64,000 nucleotides of DNA, from NCBI GenBank assembly GCA_964187785.1, contig OZ076411.1:54870001-54934000 (forward strand), read 5' to 3'. A program made the translations under genes and the position numbers. The notes under the pieces were generated by a model. That model saw only the letters and a program-made list of their open reading frames with translations. It had not been told where the DNA came from and did no database searches. The stretch comes from Amphiscolops sp. MND2022 (taxonomy: Eukaryota). Of the stretch, positions 38,900 to 51,196 are shown piece by piece; position 1 is the stretch's first letter, and every line of letters begins with the position of its first letter.

Positions 38900-41800
38900 A
38901 TTTACTATACCCATTAGTTGACATGAGAAGCAAATGATCAACGATCATGACACCCAATGGAGACGTAGCCTGTGCAGTTTGATGGAAAATTAGTAAGTAT
39001 TATTGCTTGCTGTTCTTTGGACCTACTGCAAAAAAGTGGTCCTCCGCAGGGTTCTCTTGTAGACATCCGCAGGGTTTTCACGGACTTCCACAGTGTCCAG
39101 ATTTTTTTCTCCATAATCAACCTGGGTGAGTTGCCAATGGATTTCCAGCCATTCATGCTGTGTCCCCACCGATACAGTTTGATCATGAAATCCGTAATCG
39201 ACTGAAAGAATCAGAAGAATGTTTCGTTTCAAGATCTTTCATCTTTCGCAACTTCAATAGTGTAGTAGGTACAATTTGCGACCTTGGTAATATAATACAT
39301 TAAATTTATACTGGATACGTGTCAGTGACTCTTGCAACCTCACTGAAAACAGTCGGTATAGTTTGATCGAAATAAAGTTAGTAGCCTTGTCTTATGCATC
39401 CTCTTTTTGTGAAGCTAGAACTGGTCCTCCTCCCTGTCCGAAAGTTTTTCCCCTTTCATTCAGCATGAGGTATTCGCCCGAAGAATTACCAGCTATTCAT
39501 CAAGCCTATCGAGCAGTCCAGTTCTGATTGTGAAGTGCCATTGCAAAATTGCCTAATGCACTGAATGAATCAGTTGTCGTTTCGTCTCGATTCCATCTTC
39601 GGTTATGTAGAAGCCACAATTTGCTGACTTTATTACAATACATTGAACAATACTGGACCTGTGTTAGTATTTCGTGCGACCTTAATGACGTAACCTGTGC
39701 AGTTTGATTGTGAATAGTGATTTTGCTCATTGCTCGCCGTTGTTTAGACCTATGTGACAAATTGTTTTCCGTGGGTTTTTGAGGATATTCGCTGGTTTCT
39801 CATGGTGTTCCGCGGTGTCCTGAAATGTTTTCAAGTCTTTCCAGCCCTTCATCTTCCGTCCCCACCGATAATGTCTTGATCATGAAATGTGTAATGCACT
39901 GAATGAGTCAGTTTGACGTTTCGTTCTCGATCTTTCATCTTCGACTACTCCAATTGTGTAGTAGGTACAGTTCGCGACCTTCGTGAACAGAACTTGTACT
40001 GGATACGGGTCAGTGGTTCGTGTGACCCTACTGAAGGCGTAACCTGTGCAGTTTGATCCAAATACAGTTAGTAGCATTGTCTATTGCTTCCTCTTCTGTA
40101 GAGCTACCGCTAAATCTTGTTCTCCGTGGGATTCAATTATGTATATACGCGCAGTTCTCACTTAATTCCGTTGTATCCGGAAGTTTTTTTCATTTGTTTC
40201 AGCATGAGTGATTCACCCGAAGAAAAATACCAGGGATTCATCAAAGCTTTCGAGCAGTACGTTCCTAATGAAGTACCTAGAATGGATCAGTTGAGAGTCG
40301 TTTCGTCTCGAGATTCCATCTTCATCGATAGTGTAGGAGCTATAATTTGCTGAAGTACTTAAGTACTACAATACAATAAACATACTGGGTCCGTGTTAGT
40401 TATTCGTGCGTCCCTGATGACGTAGCTTGTGCAGTTTGATGGAAAGATGATTTTCCGTATTGTTTGCGCTGTTCGACCTACTGTGAAACTTGGTCTTCCG
40501 CAGGGTGTTCCTTTGAATGTCCGCGGGGTTCTCACGGAATTCCGCAGTGTCCTGTTTTTCCATGATTCAGCCTGAGTGAATTGCCCAAGGAATTCCAGCC
40601 ATTCATTTGCCCCACTGATACTGTCTGAATCATATAAGTGCGTAATGGACTGAGAACCTTAAAACGCTTCTGTAGATCCTTGAAGCTGGTCTGACAACTT
40701 TAAATCAATTGTTAGTGATAGATTTAACTCTGGTTAATCGTTCTCTTATCGTTACTTTTCTCTGTTGATGTTTTTTCTGCTCGAATTATCATTTAAATGG
40801 GTAATGTCGTTGAAGCTAGTGATTGTCAGAGATTTGGTCTTTGTTACGTGAAGCTCTTCAATCCTCTGAGAAACTACAGTTCAATGATTTTCTGCCGTTG
40901 CTTGATTCAGATATAGTCAAAATTTGCTTCTACAGTACTCGGACGTTTTGTTTTCGTATGTTTCAGCCTGTCATTTGCCCGCAGAGTATTCAGTTATTCA
41001 TCAGTTATATCAAGCAGTAGTCTCAATTATAAAGTGCCTAATGCACTGGATGAATCAGTTGAACATCGTTTGGCCTCGAAATCTTTCATCATAAATAGTG
41101 TAGAAGTTGAATTTCACTGCCTTCATTGTAATACATTAAACACCGAAAACCTGTCTGCCTTGTGCGACCGTAATGACATAATCTGTGCAGTTTGATCGAA
41201 TTATAGTTATTATTGCTTGCTGTTCTTGATAACTACTGTGAAAACTGGTCTTCCGCCAGGTGTCTATATAGATTTCCGCGGGTTTGTTACGGAATTCCGC
41301 AGTGTCCTGGAGTTTTTTCCATATGATTCATCCTGAATCAAGTTTCCAGCCTGAGTGAGAAATTCCAGCCAGTTCATCCTTTTTCTCCACTGATAGTCTT
41401 GATCAGAAAATGTGTTATGCACTGAATGAATCAGTGTAACGTTTCGTTCGAGATCTTTCACTCTGATTGTGTAGTAGGTACAGTTCGCGACCTTCGTGAA
41501 CAGAACTTGTACTGGATACGGGTCAGTGGTTCGTGCGATCCCACTGAAAACAACATGTGTAGTTTGATCAAATATCAGTTAGTAGCAGTTAGTATCCTTC
41601 TGTAGGACCTTGAAATTGGTCTAAGAACTTTGAATCAAACGTTAGTGATGAATCTAACTGGTTAATTTTTTATCGTTACTATTCTCTTTGTTCGACCATT
41701 TTTTTGCTCGAATAATGTTTTCGATGCTATTACTGTCCTTGGGGCTATAGTGGTCGTCAGATATTTGTTTTTTTTTCGGTTACGTCAAGCTATTCATGCC

Positions 41801-41900
41801 TCTGAGAAATTACAGTTAAATGTTTTTTTCCGTTGCTTGGTTCAAATTCGGTCAACTTTTGTCGCCGAAGTTTCATTTCTGAGTACTTACCAATCTTAGA
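38900..41900. repeat. Old, diverged tandem array (~370-bp subunits in a ~740-bp higher-order period)
   Basis: tgtgcagtttgat-like marker near 38971, 39357, 39696, 40045, 40428, 41184 and 41556; ccgcagggt...cgg..ttccgcagtgtcc block near 39042, 39770, 40497 and 41251. Confidence 0.8.
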
Positions 41901-42860
41901 ATTTTGTTCTTTGTATAATTGGTCGCAATAAATTTTCTATCTTTTTGCTTGAGCTACGAAGCAATTTCACGGGGAGCTCTACGGTCATTAATTAAAACTT
42001 TGCAATGGATTTTTTAAATCGACTGGGATGGTTAACCAACGAGATGATTCTAAGCCATTCGAGAGAATATCGACGTAGAAAAATAACGATGTGCTCCTCG
42101 AAGTATGTTCCTGTTTGCATGTGATACATTCTGCACATGGCTTGACTGCCCTGAATTTTGTCTTATGAAGAATCCTAGTCTAAATCCTGTTCAGATCGTG
42201 AAAAGTTAAATCTCGGAAGTATTTGGATTTCTTGTTGCTAACTAAATTAGACTGAGAACCCGCTCTTGTGTTTATGTTATTGTTCTTTGGTTATTCAAAC
42301 TTTTTTGAAGTTTGTATCATGACTCCGCATTTACAAGGAGACTAAAAGAAATCAGATCAATAAATACTGAATTAACTGATCTTATGAAGCATATGCCCCC
42401 CAAAGTGCATCTGAAGAACAGACCCCATAGAATTTGGTCCATAATTGTTAAATAGTACAAGACGCTACCGACGAATATTTCATGTATGTAAACATTCGTT
42501 CAATATTTCATGTTCTAACTTTTACGGTATTTCGTTACAAAAAAAGTGTGAATTGAGTATTATCAGTTTTTTTGGATGTTTCACACGATCCGAAATAACT
42601 AAGGACTTTCTGCTTTAATTGGTTTCCTATCTTTGGTACCACGAGCAAGTAAGTCTTAATGCTCATAGAGAACTCTCCAGTCTCGTTTATTGCCAAAACG
42701 TCGTTTTTCTAGAATATAAAGTTTCATTGTTCGACTTCCAGTGTTTCTGCATTAGTGTTTTCAAACCCAGTCGTTAAACCTCATGCTTGATATGAAACTC
42801 ATCGTTTAACCATGTTTGATATGCAATTAATATCCTCTTTAATCCAAATAGTTTGTTTAG

Positions 42861-42975
42861 GAGCGATGAAAGCCATGAGCCGTCGAGTGACAGTGCTTCA
42901 AGTGTTCCAAGCCCGCTGTCTGAAAATAATCAGGAGGTAGAGAAGAAAATCCCATCGAAACTTGGCGAGCGTGAG
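42861..42975 (+). CDS. CHD1: CHD1 exon, acidic/Ser-rich N-terminus (SDESHEPSSDSASS...LGERE)
   Basis: tttgtttag acceptor, gtatga donor, in frame with the next exon across a 68-nt intron. Confidence 0.7.
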
Positions 42976-43043
42976 GTATGAATTGGAATGCGCTTTTTTG
43001 ATTTGATTGTCTAGCCTCTCAACTTATCTTTCCTAACTTTTAG

Positions 43044-43121
43044 TGGGATGCTGAGCCTGATCTTTATGGTATTCGTCGATCAGGCAGAGCGCGAACTAAA
43101 ACGGCCCCTTTTCAAATTACA
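43044..43121 (+). CDS. CHD1: CHD1 exon (WDAEPDLYGIRRSGRARTK...)
   Basis: ttttag/gtaagt sites; conserved CHD1 N-terminal YGIRRSGR motif. Confidence 0.88.
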
Positions 43122-43185
43122 GTAAGTTTTCCTTCAATTTTTTTGGTTTCCCTTCCTTTCAAAACTATATCATGTCCCTTTTCAG

Positions 43186-43517
43186 GAGGATCAAAAAATC
43201 CAGAAGCATATGACAGAAGTACTATCCGGTTCTAAAAGGAAAGCCACTCCAGCTAAAAGTGGCTCCGAATTTGAAGAGAGTTCCGATGGAGAAAGTTTGG
43301 AAAAAACAGCCAGAAGAGAAAAATTAGCCAGAAAGTCTGCTAAGAAAAAGAAGTCGAAGCATAACAGAAGCAGCGAAAAGAAGAAACAACATAAAGTCAA
43401 AAAATCTAAAAGAAAGCGCAACTCGTTAAGCAGCGGAGATGGGCATGATAGCTCTGAAGACAACTCCAGTGATTGCGATAGACGTACTTCAAGTCGTAGG
43501 AGAGCAACAAAAGTGAA
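43186..43517 (+). CDS. CHD1: CHD1 exon, Lys/Ser-rich N-terminal region
   Basis: ttcag/gtaaga sites; same frame as ORF 43210..43521; phase 2 matches the next exon. Confidence 0.85.
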
Positions 43518-43581
43518 GTAAGATTTATTTCCTGATGGTTTACTTTTTCAAATCGAATATTTAGTAGAATAATTCTTTCAG

Positions 43582-43748
43582 AAGCTACCGTGAAGACGAT
43601 GCTTTCGATGATGAAATACTAACAGATAGTGACGATGAAGATAACCAACCTTTGGAAAGCGTCACGCAAGCTCACTCGAGTGTGGTTGATGATGAAAATG
43701 CCGATGGAATTGACAAAGTGCTTGACTACCGCGTCGGAAAAGTTGGAT
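43582..43748 (+). CDS. CHD1: CHD1 exon, acidic linker and start of chromodomain 1 (IDKVLDYRVGKVG)
   Basis: tttcag/gtaagt sites; SYRED...TDSDD and IDKVL motif typical of CHD1. Confidence 0.9.
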
Positions 43749-44006
43749 GTAAGTAATTTTTGAATTATTCTGCCTGTATTTGACCGTTTCCCGAAAATTG
43801 TTCCTATAATTTGAATATTCACTCCAGATCTCGAATGAGTGACTTTACTCGTTCGGTGAATTATCCGGCTTCAGATTTTCCTCAATTATCAATCCTTATT
43901 TTCTTGATGTAACATTGTCACGTATTTTTGTCAAATGAACAAATGAAGTTTCAATGTCTCTTCTGATTTTTCAACCTCAACTTGTGTGGAATGAATATAC
44001 TAAACT

Positions 44007-44443
44007 ATAAGTGTACCGTGTCATCTATTCCCCCCCCCCAACACGAAAGCACATTTTGTTCTTGAATAAAAATATTTCACAAATAAGAGAATATTACATG
44101 AATTTAAATACTTAAAGCATTGCCTCTACAACTGTTTGGACACTTCAGGCAAAAAAATTACCATAATTTTTTATCTTTTGTCTAGAATAGCAGAAATTCA
44201 CGTTTGGAACAAGCTAAAATCGTATAAAAAGGCCCCTACTTCAGAGGAAATTTTGTCGGCTATAAAATCTAATGAGCAACTTTTATCTGACAGTCAATAT
44301 AATGTATAGGATTATGTCGACATCAATTATTTTACTGGACCAAAATTTCAACGCAAATGATATCGACATAATGGTATTTGAACCTTCTGTCTTATTTTCC
44401 CTCCCCAGGTTTGGGGGGGGGGGATAGATGGCATGGTCCACTA
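44007..44443. mobile_element. MITE with ~28-bp imperfect TIR (intronic)
   Basis: agtgtaccgtgtcatctattccccccc versus the reverse complement of gggggggatagatggcatggtccact; TA flanks. Confidence 0.65.
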
Positions 44444-44704
44444 TAAGTAGATGATGTAATTGACAATTCTTTTTTGAGTTGAACAATTTATTAATAATTG
44501 ACTTTCTAAATGCCCTGAAACACTGAAGTAGTCAAATATCGTGAAGTATGGCCTCATCGAAGGCGATACTATTGTCAGCTTAAACATATCTTAATTTAGT
44601 CTTCGTTTTCATTGGGTGCTCTTCCAAAAAAAAAGCAGACAATCGCAGTGACTGTTTTTTTCAGCGTCACATCGAACGGTCCAATTATTTGTTAAAATCC
44701 GTTA

Positions 44705-44865
44705 GTCAGTCTAGACTACATTAACTAGCAGTGAACTTATTCAACCGTAACCAGTATTAGATGTCTGATTAAAAACAGAAGACTCATTGTTACAGTACGT
44801 TTGATAGAATCAGATTTGCTGAATTTAATTTTTATCAACTCTCTTTACCCTGTACATTTAGAATC
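44705..44865. repeat. Diverged repeat paired with 48851-49000
   Basis: gtca.tctagactacat...accgtaaccagt.tt.gatgtctgatt...atttagaat in both. Confidence 0.65.
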
Positions 44866-45523
44866 CCACATGGCGCAGTCAGCATTGCTGTAACAAAAAT
44901 AAAATTCATATTGAACACAAGAATAAAATTTATAATATTAAAAAAACAATCAGACCCATTCACCGAATACCCGAAGCTGCAGAACAAAAATCCTTGGCCA
45001 CACCGATCTTCAGTACCGCCGATACGAACCTTACCACCGCAGACGCGGAACTACGATGGCCAGGATTTATTTTGAACATAAACCAATCTTATACAAAATT
45101 TTCCAGAACGATACATAAAAGACATGAAAACGGAAACAGTTAAAATCAGAACCGATACAACGGATATACGACAAAACGTACGAAAAACAACAGCTAGTTC
45201 AAAAAACCAGAGTGTGAAAATAGCAGTAACAAGAACTCGGATTCGTCACATCTGCCCTGTCGAACAAATACTGAGCAGAAATTGTTAGAAAAAAACACTC
45301 CGAAAAAGTATGCAGATCGAAAGCATATCAATTTATTCTTAAACACGGTATCAGAATTCGAAGATACTTTAATAGCAATCCAATTCCTCAACACTGTAAA
45401 CCGTATCGAATCAAATACGGGATTCTTCACGGTGAATGCAACGCAACATTGAACGGGACAGACAGGGTTGTTAAGAAAAGTTACTTTTAAGAGCTAAAAA
45501 CGAAAAAAAACGAAGTTATACGA

Positions 45524-46150
45524 TTATTGAATGTTCAGTTGTCGATACAGAAAGGCAAGTTTTCCCGCCATCTCAACTCCCATCGAATTTCTGAGCTTTC
45601 CATAATTCACACCCAGTTTTGAAAAGCACCGCTCAAGGTCTGCGGAGGAACCTGCCACTGAAACCATTAAAATTGCTAAATATGCCAATGCAGGATCAAA
45701 CACCATTTTCACACCTGACTTCCAAGATACAGGATCAGCTTTGTAACAAGTAAGATTTTCGACCAGGGAAAACTGACTTCTAGTGCCAAGAACAAGTTTT
45801 GCAATAGTCATATCGGTGTCCTCCTGTTTGTTGCCCAGTAAACGATAATGATAGAAGATTGGCTAAGCCATCTAAACGGATATGCATTCTCAATTCGTTA
45901 GGATTAGCCACGTGATCGACAAGTCTGGACACAAGAAATGGAGAGGAAAACATCCGTCTCATTCAGATTTTTCATGGACCTGGAGCATCTGATAAAAACC
46001 CATAAACGACAAGGAGCTCTTGATGATTGAAGATGCCATCAATAAGAAAGACTTCGAAGAGCTGCCGTTGTCATGGTATCTTATGAAAGAGCACAACAAA
46101 CGTGCAAATCCAGGAAAACGCGAAGAAATGCAAATCTTGTTTGGCGGCAG
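45524..46150 (-). mobile_element. hAT transposase C-terminal remnant (intronic)
   Basis: AGSSADLERCFSKLG...KLRNSMGVEMAGKLAFLY is the hAT dimerization-domain pattern (S.A..ER.FS). Confidence 0.8.
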
Positions 46151-46249
46151 GCAGTTGAACCTAAATAGTCAGTCAAAAAAATTTTCAATCATTTGCCTGT
46201 CAGTTTTGAAGTTTTCGATAGGACTGAAGTCAAAAATGCACCCGAGTGG

Positions 46250-48375
46250 ACATTTAGTTATTGTAATTGCAATTTCTCTAGGCTAGAAAGCCTCATAATT
46301 GAAAATCCTTTCGAACCGCATTGTTACTCTGATATAAATGTTATGGTCGAATTATGGTATGAATGGATATTCTCTTATCGAAGAGTGCACACCAATAAAA
46401 AGTCAACACCGGCGTTGCCTGCCCCCATGGGTTTTCAGTGCAACCTCCAACCGCCTCAACCGTTTGGAAACACTTCGCCGTAATTACGCCAGGAAACCTA
46501 CTGAATCCTTGCGCAGCAAACTCGAGTCAGAAGAAAATGTTTGTAAAGGAAAGGAAGACATCGATTTGGCGAATTATGAAGCGCGTCTATTTTCAACTAG
46601 AAACACAAAAGACATTTATAAGTACTTCAAAAGCTTACGCGGCTCAGGTCTCCCGACAGTCTTGAGATGAAATGCAATTGAGGACTTCGAAGACTACGAT
46701 AAAGCGCAACTTCTGAATAGCTACTTTTGCAGTCCTCAATACTGAAGGAGCTCCTCACCGGAGGGATACCTGTGACACAGTTGAAAAGATTTTTCCCATT
46801 ACAACTGAGGAAATTATTGCAGCAATATCGTCCTTGAGTGTTTCTAAAAGTAGGGGTCCTGATTCAGTTCCCCCAATTGTTTTAATCAAGTTGAAGCATG
46901 TTTTGGCACCATCTTTTCGGAATATTTTCAGGAATATGTCCCGGCTAAGAAAATTTCCAGATGTTTGGAAGCAGGGCGTCATCAGTCCAATTTTCAAAGG
47001 CGAAGGTAGCAGAGATGTTGAGAACTATAGCCCTGTGACTTTGCTGAATATTGCACCTGAATTGTTTGGACGGCTACTTTCCAAGTACTTATTCGATATA
47101 TTCAAATCTCATTGTGCTCCTTGGAACATGGATTCCTACCCCGACGATCAACATGGCTGGATTTTGTATATAAGACATATTCTGACTCAGAAGCCACCAT
47201 TGGATTATCACCACTGACTTCTCTTAAAGCCTTCGATAAAATCGATCATGAGATCCTACTCATGAAAGTGTCTCGGTTGGGCGTATCTACCGCGTTTCTT
47301 GGACTTCTCGAAAGTTAGCATTCTTGGACGAATGCAGAGCGTCAAGGTGAACAGATCAGTTTTGGAACCCGTTACTTCTGGGGTTCCACAAGGATCCATT
47401 GTAGTCCCTTTGTTGTTTATTTATGCGAACGACCTATCTTATTCGGTCTTATTCAGTATCTGTTTTTCTTATGCAGACGAGTTTAAACATCTTCACAATG
47501 ATCCAGACCTTAGCCCTGGCAGGCTCCAGCAAGACCTAAAAAGATTAGAAAATTGGTGTTCCTTCAATAAATTGTTCTTCAGTGCAAAGAAATGTTTTTT
47601 CTTGAACGTTAGAAATTGCCCAAATAATCTCACCATCGGAGAGGAAGCAACGAAGTCCCCGGACTCAGTTGAAGATCTCGGACTCATTACTAAACGCAAA
47701 GTTGTCATGGACGAACCATGTCGAATACAGAATCGAAGAAAGATCATGGTTTTTATCAGTTTTGCCGGAGAAACGCCGAGAAACCTGTCAATGGTCAACA
47801 AACTTGATCTCTACAATTTTTCCTATTCTTTAAGCCAGTGAATGCTGGAACCCGTCAAAATCTGACTTGAGATTGTTAGAGAACTTCAATAAGAAATTGT
47901 TGGAATGGATTGTATCCCAGAAGTCGTATTCACAGGTCTTATGCTACTTGAACGTTCTCCCGATTCCTTACTTTCAAGTCCTTTAAGATCTACTTACCTT
48001 ATCCAGTATCCTGATCGGGAATTTTGATTCAGATCTCCGACTTCGTAAAAATCAATCCATCCAGTCGCGAGGGTCCCTTAATCTTTCCAAGTATTAGATA
48101 CGAGCTGCAACGGTCCAATTACTGGTATCGTGCCTGCCATCGTGCGAATGTGGTACGGAATAAAGTGTTTCTGGAAACCAGAATTACTAAAAGGAAGAAT
48201 TCTGAACCTCATGTGGATTCATTTCAATAACTTTCTTTACGACCATTCAACCTGCACCTGGACTTTCATTTGCCTTTGTATCTTTTCGACTTCGAAACCC
48301 CATCTCTGAACTCTAGACTGTGTCATATTGGGGGAAATCCATTCCCTTATGCGTAAATTCTTTATAATAATATCA
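46250..48375 (+). mobile_element. Decayed L2/CR1-type LINE (intronic)
   Basis: KSRGPDSVPP...VWKQGVISPIFKG...NYSPVTLL, HGFLPRRST, KAFDKIDH, SGVPQGS, SYADEFK. Confidence 0.88.
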
Positions 48376-49200
48376 ATTTAAATGAAAATGACTTACGGGG
48401 AAGCTATGAGGATTCAAACAAGAGACAGTGATCGAATTTTTGAAACACTATTTCACAAAGGTTTCTCGGAAATTATCAAAACATAAAACCTAACATCCAT
48501 CACAGGCAACTTTCAAACAGTTTTGCGAAAACTACGAAATCAAATTAGTACCTGGGCTACCAAATTGACAAAATGTCGATATTGTATGAGCCAAAAGAGA
48601 ACACCCGAAATTAGACAAAAATGCAATTGGTACTCAAATGAATGAAAACGCCAGTGCACACAAGTATTGGAAAATCACCGTTCGAACTCTACTGTATCGT
48701 AGAGTACCGAGAAATACGTAACATACTGGAAAACATCAAAAGCATTACAATACTTTCCAAAGATAAAAATAGTAAACGTCGATGTCGTTACTGGTAACCT
48801 CGCTGGATTACGTGGACAACAGCTTTTGGATTATATGGGGAATGAGCATAGTCACTCTAGACTACATGAACTTCTGTAACCGTAACCAGTGTTGGATGTC
48901 TGATTGGAAACAAATACTCATTCTTTCAACACGTTGGCACTAGATATACTGAATTGATCTTCATCGTCAACTTTTTACCCCGTAGATTTAGAATATCTCA
49001 GTGGTTTCATATCGTCGTGGAACAGATTCTTTCACACTCGCTATAATTTCGTCGAACTCGAATAGTTAGATATAGTGGTTTAAAAATCGAGCAACGGATT
49101 TTTGGATGGCTTCGACATATTCCTCGTCCATATTTAGGTTTAATCTGAAACTCTTTTCAACCCGATAAGCTAAAACTACCACTTGAGCATTTTGGTATGC

Positions 49201-49462
49201 GGAAAACTCGTCGAATTTGAAGGGCGGAAAATAGGTCGAAAATTAACTCGTCGAATAATAGAGTGCAAACTCGTCGAATCCCGAGCACTGGGAATATCCA
49301 GTGCTAATTTTGGATTATTTTTCTTTAATTGATGCGTGAATTTTTCAGTATTATTAATAACACAATTAAGTCAGCGCTATATTGGTCTGAGATTATTTTC
49401 TGTACTTGCAGCTAGTTTTTCGCCGGAGCATTTTCGGCGAGTTGCTTTTCGACGAGTTTTCC
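49201..49462. mobile_element. Small MITE with GGAAAACTCGTCGAA TIR
   Basis: ggaaaactcgtcgaa at 49201 and ttcgacgagttttcc ending 49462; aactcgtcgaa repeated internally. Confidence 0.6.
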
Positions 49463-49724
49463 TAGATTCGAGCATATTGATCATGAAAAAGCTATCACAG
49501 TGTCGGAAAAAGTGAATTTTGAGAAAAGTTCGACCCGAGATAATCTCTTATTGTGCCTTCCGCCTTGATTTTTTTCCGATCTCCAGTGACTGGAAGCTTT
49601 GTTCATCTCGAATTTTAGAGTCAAGTTTTTATCTACTAAATGTTGATGCTTATCAAAAGTGTCTCATTGAGGTATCCCTCCGAAGCTTGGCAGACCAAAG
49701 TAGCTTCACTGCATGTTTTTTCAG

Positions 49725-49932
49725 GCACCGGACACGTGACCACAATTTACTCGACAGACCAACCTGCTGTGAGTGAGGATGGAGATACAGAAGAGCAATA
49801 TTTGATCAAATGGCAGAACTGGTCTCATTTCCACAACACCTGGGAAAGTGTTGCCACTCTTGAAGCTCAGAGAGTTCGCGGCATGAAAAGGCTCGAGAAT
49901 TACTTGAAACAGAAAACTGAATACGAGGACTG
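49725..49932 (+). CDS. CHD1: CHD1 exon, chromodomain 1
   Basis: ttttcag/gtaatt sites; [19 protein letters not shown]...GMKRLENY. Confidence 0.95.
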
Positions 49933-50087
49933 GTAATTGTTTTTTTTAGTTTTGTAAGCTTTCGTCCATTTACTCAATTCACGATTTGAATTAGGTGTAG
50001 TACAGCCCAGCCTGAGTCATTGAAATTTTTTAAATTTTGATCATTTGTAAGCTGCCCTCCATTTACTCAATTCACGATTTGAATTAG

Positions 50088-50361
50088 GCGTAGTACGGCC
50101 CAGCCTGAGTCATTGGAAATTGCTGAGTATCAGTTGGATATGCAGAGGACATTGAATGAAGACTACAAAAAAGCAGAGAGAATCGTGGATAAGCGAAAAG
50201 ACAAGTCTGGTCAACTGGAGTATTTTGTGAAATGGAGAGGGCTTCCGTATGTCGAGTGTTCTTGGGAGGCAGCTGACTTGATGGAGCGGTACTTCATGAC
50301 GGAAATTTTGGCATTCGAGGAACGGCAATTGTCCAAGAAGTTGCCCATGTCAGTTCCATCG
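50088..50361 (+). CDS. CHD1: CHD1 exon, chromodomain 2
   Basis: gaattag acceptor, gtgtgt donor; AERIV...EYFVKWRGLPYVECSWE. Confidence 0.93.
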
Positions 50362-51074
50362 GTGTGTGTAATTTTCCATTTTGAGCTGGACTTACAAAAC
50401 GCTAATCAATAGTTTTTTCTTAATGGCAAAATACTGTCGATTTGGCGGTTTCATCATAGCTGCTAGAGCAATTGATTTTTTGACATAAACAGCAGGTTTT
50501 TACTGATCTAAACCATTTTCAGCTTCAACTAGCTCAAATTTATGAATGCAAAATGGAACTTGTAGTTTTGCAAATGCAGATGTTTTTCTCTGTCAAATTA
50601 CAAAACTTTTTGTCTTAGATATGGATGCTTCCGCTGAAACCTACTGAGATTGCTCTATTGCGAAATTCAGTTTTTGAGAAATCTGTCTGGAATTGTTGAA
50701 ATAGAAAATTGAAAATAGAAATTATAGAAGTTTTAATAAAAAATTTTCGTGGAAAAGTTGCAACTTCGTGAAATGAGAGCGTTTTTTGCAGTATCAAAAT
50801 ATTACTGCGTCTTGAAATGGCCTATTTTTGAGAAAAAAGCGGTAGATCTCATTTCTCGAATGGCTCTAAAGTACAGCTCGTAGTTCACTGACTAAAATCG
50901 AAAGAGATAACTGCCAGTATTACCAGATTAACCAACTTAGCTGGTATAAAAAATTGTGCACTAACTATTCATCTAATGAAAGAGTATTGGTTCTGAAACC
51001 AAAAAGTAGTCCTTTTTGTAAGCGAACCAGAAATTCAAGTATTTCGAATAATCAAGGTAGTTCTATCCTTTTAG

Positions 51075-51196
51075 AATCAGAGACCAAAGTTCCAACCTTA
51101 CACTAATCAGCCGGACTATCTCGGAGAGTCTTTGGGTTTACAACTTCGTGATTATCAAGTAACTGGTCTCAACTGGTTGGCCGCATCCTGGTGCAA
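51075..51196 (+). CDS. CHD1: CHD1 exon, Q motif (NQRPKF...[19 protein letters not shown])
   Basis: ttttag/gtaagt sites; not in the ORF track because it is short. Confidence 0.95.

Noticed and set aside
43191-43463. Minus-strand 90-aa hydrophobic ORF
   Set aside because: Antisense shadow of the Lys/Ser-rich CHD1 exon.
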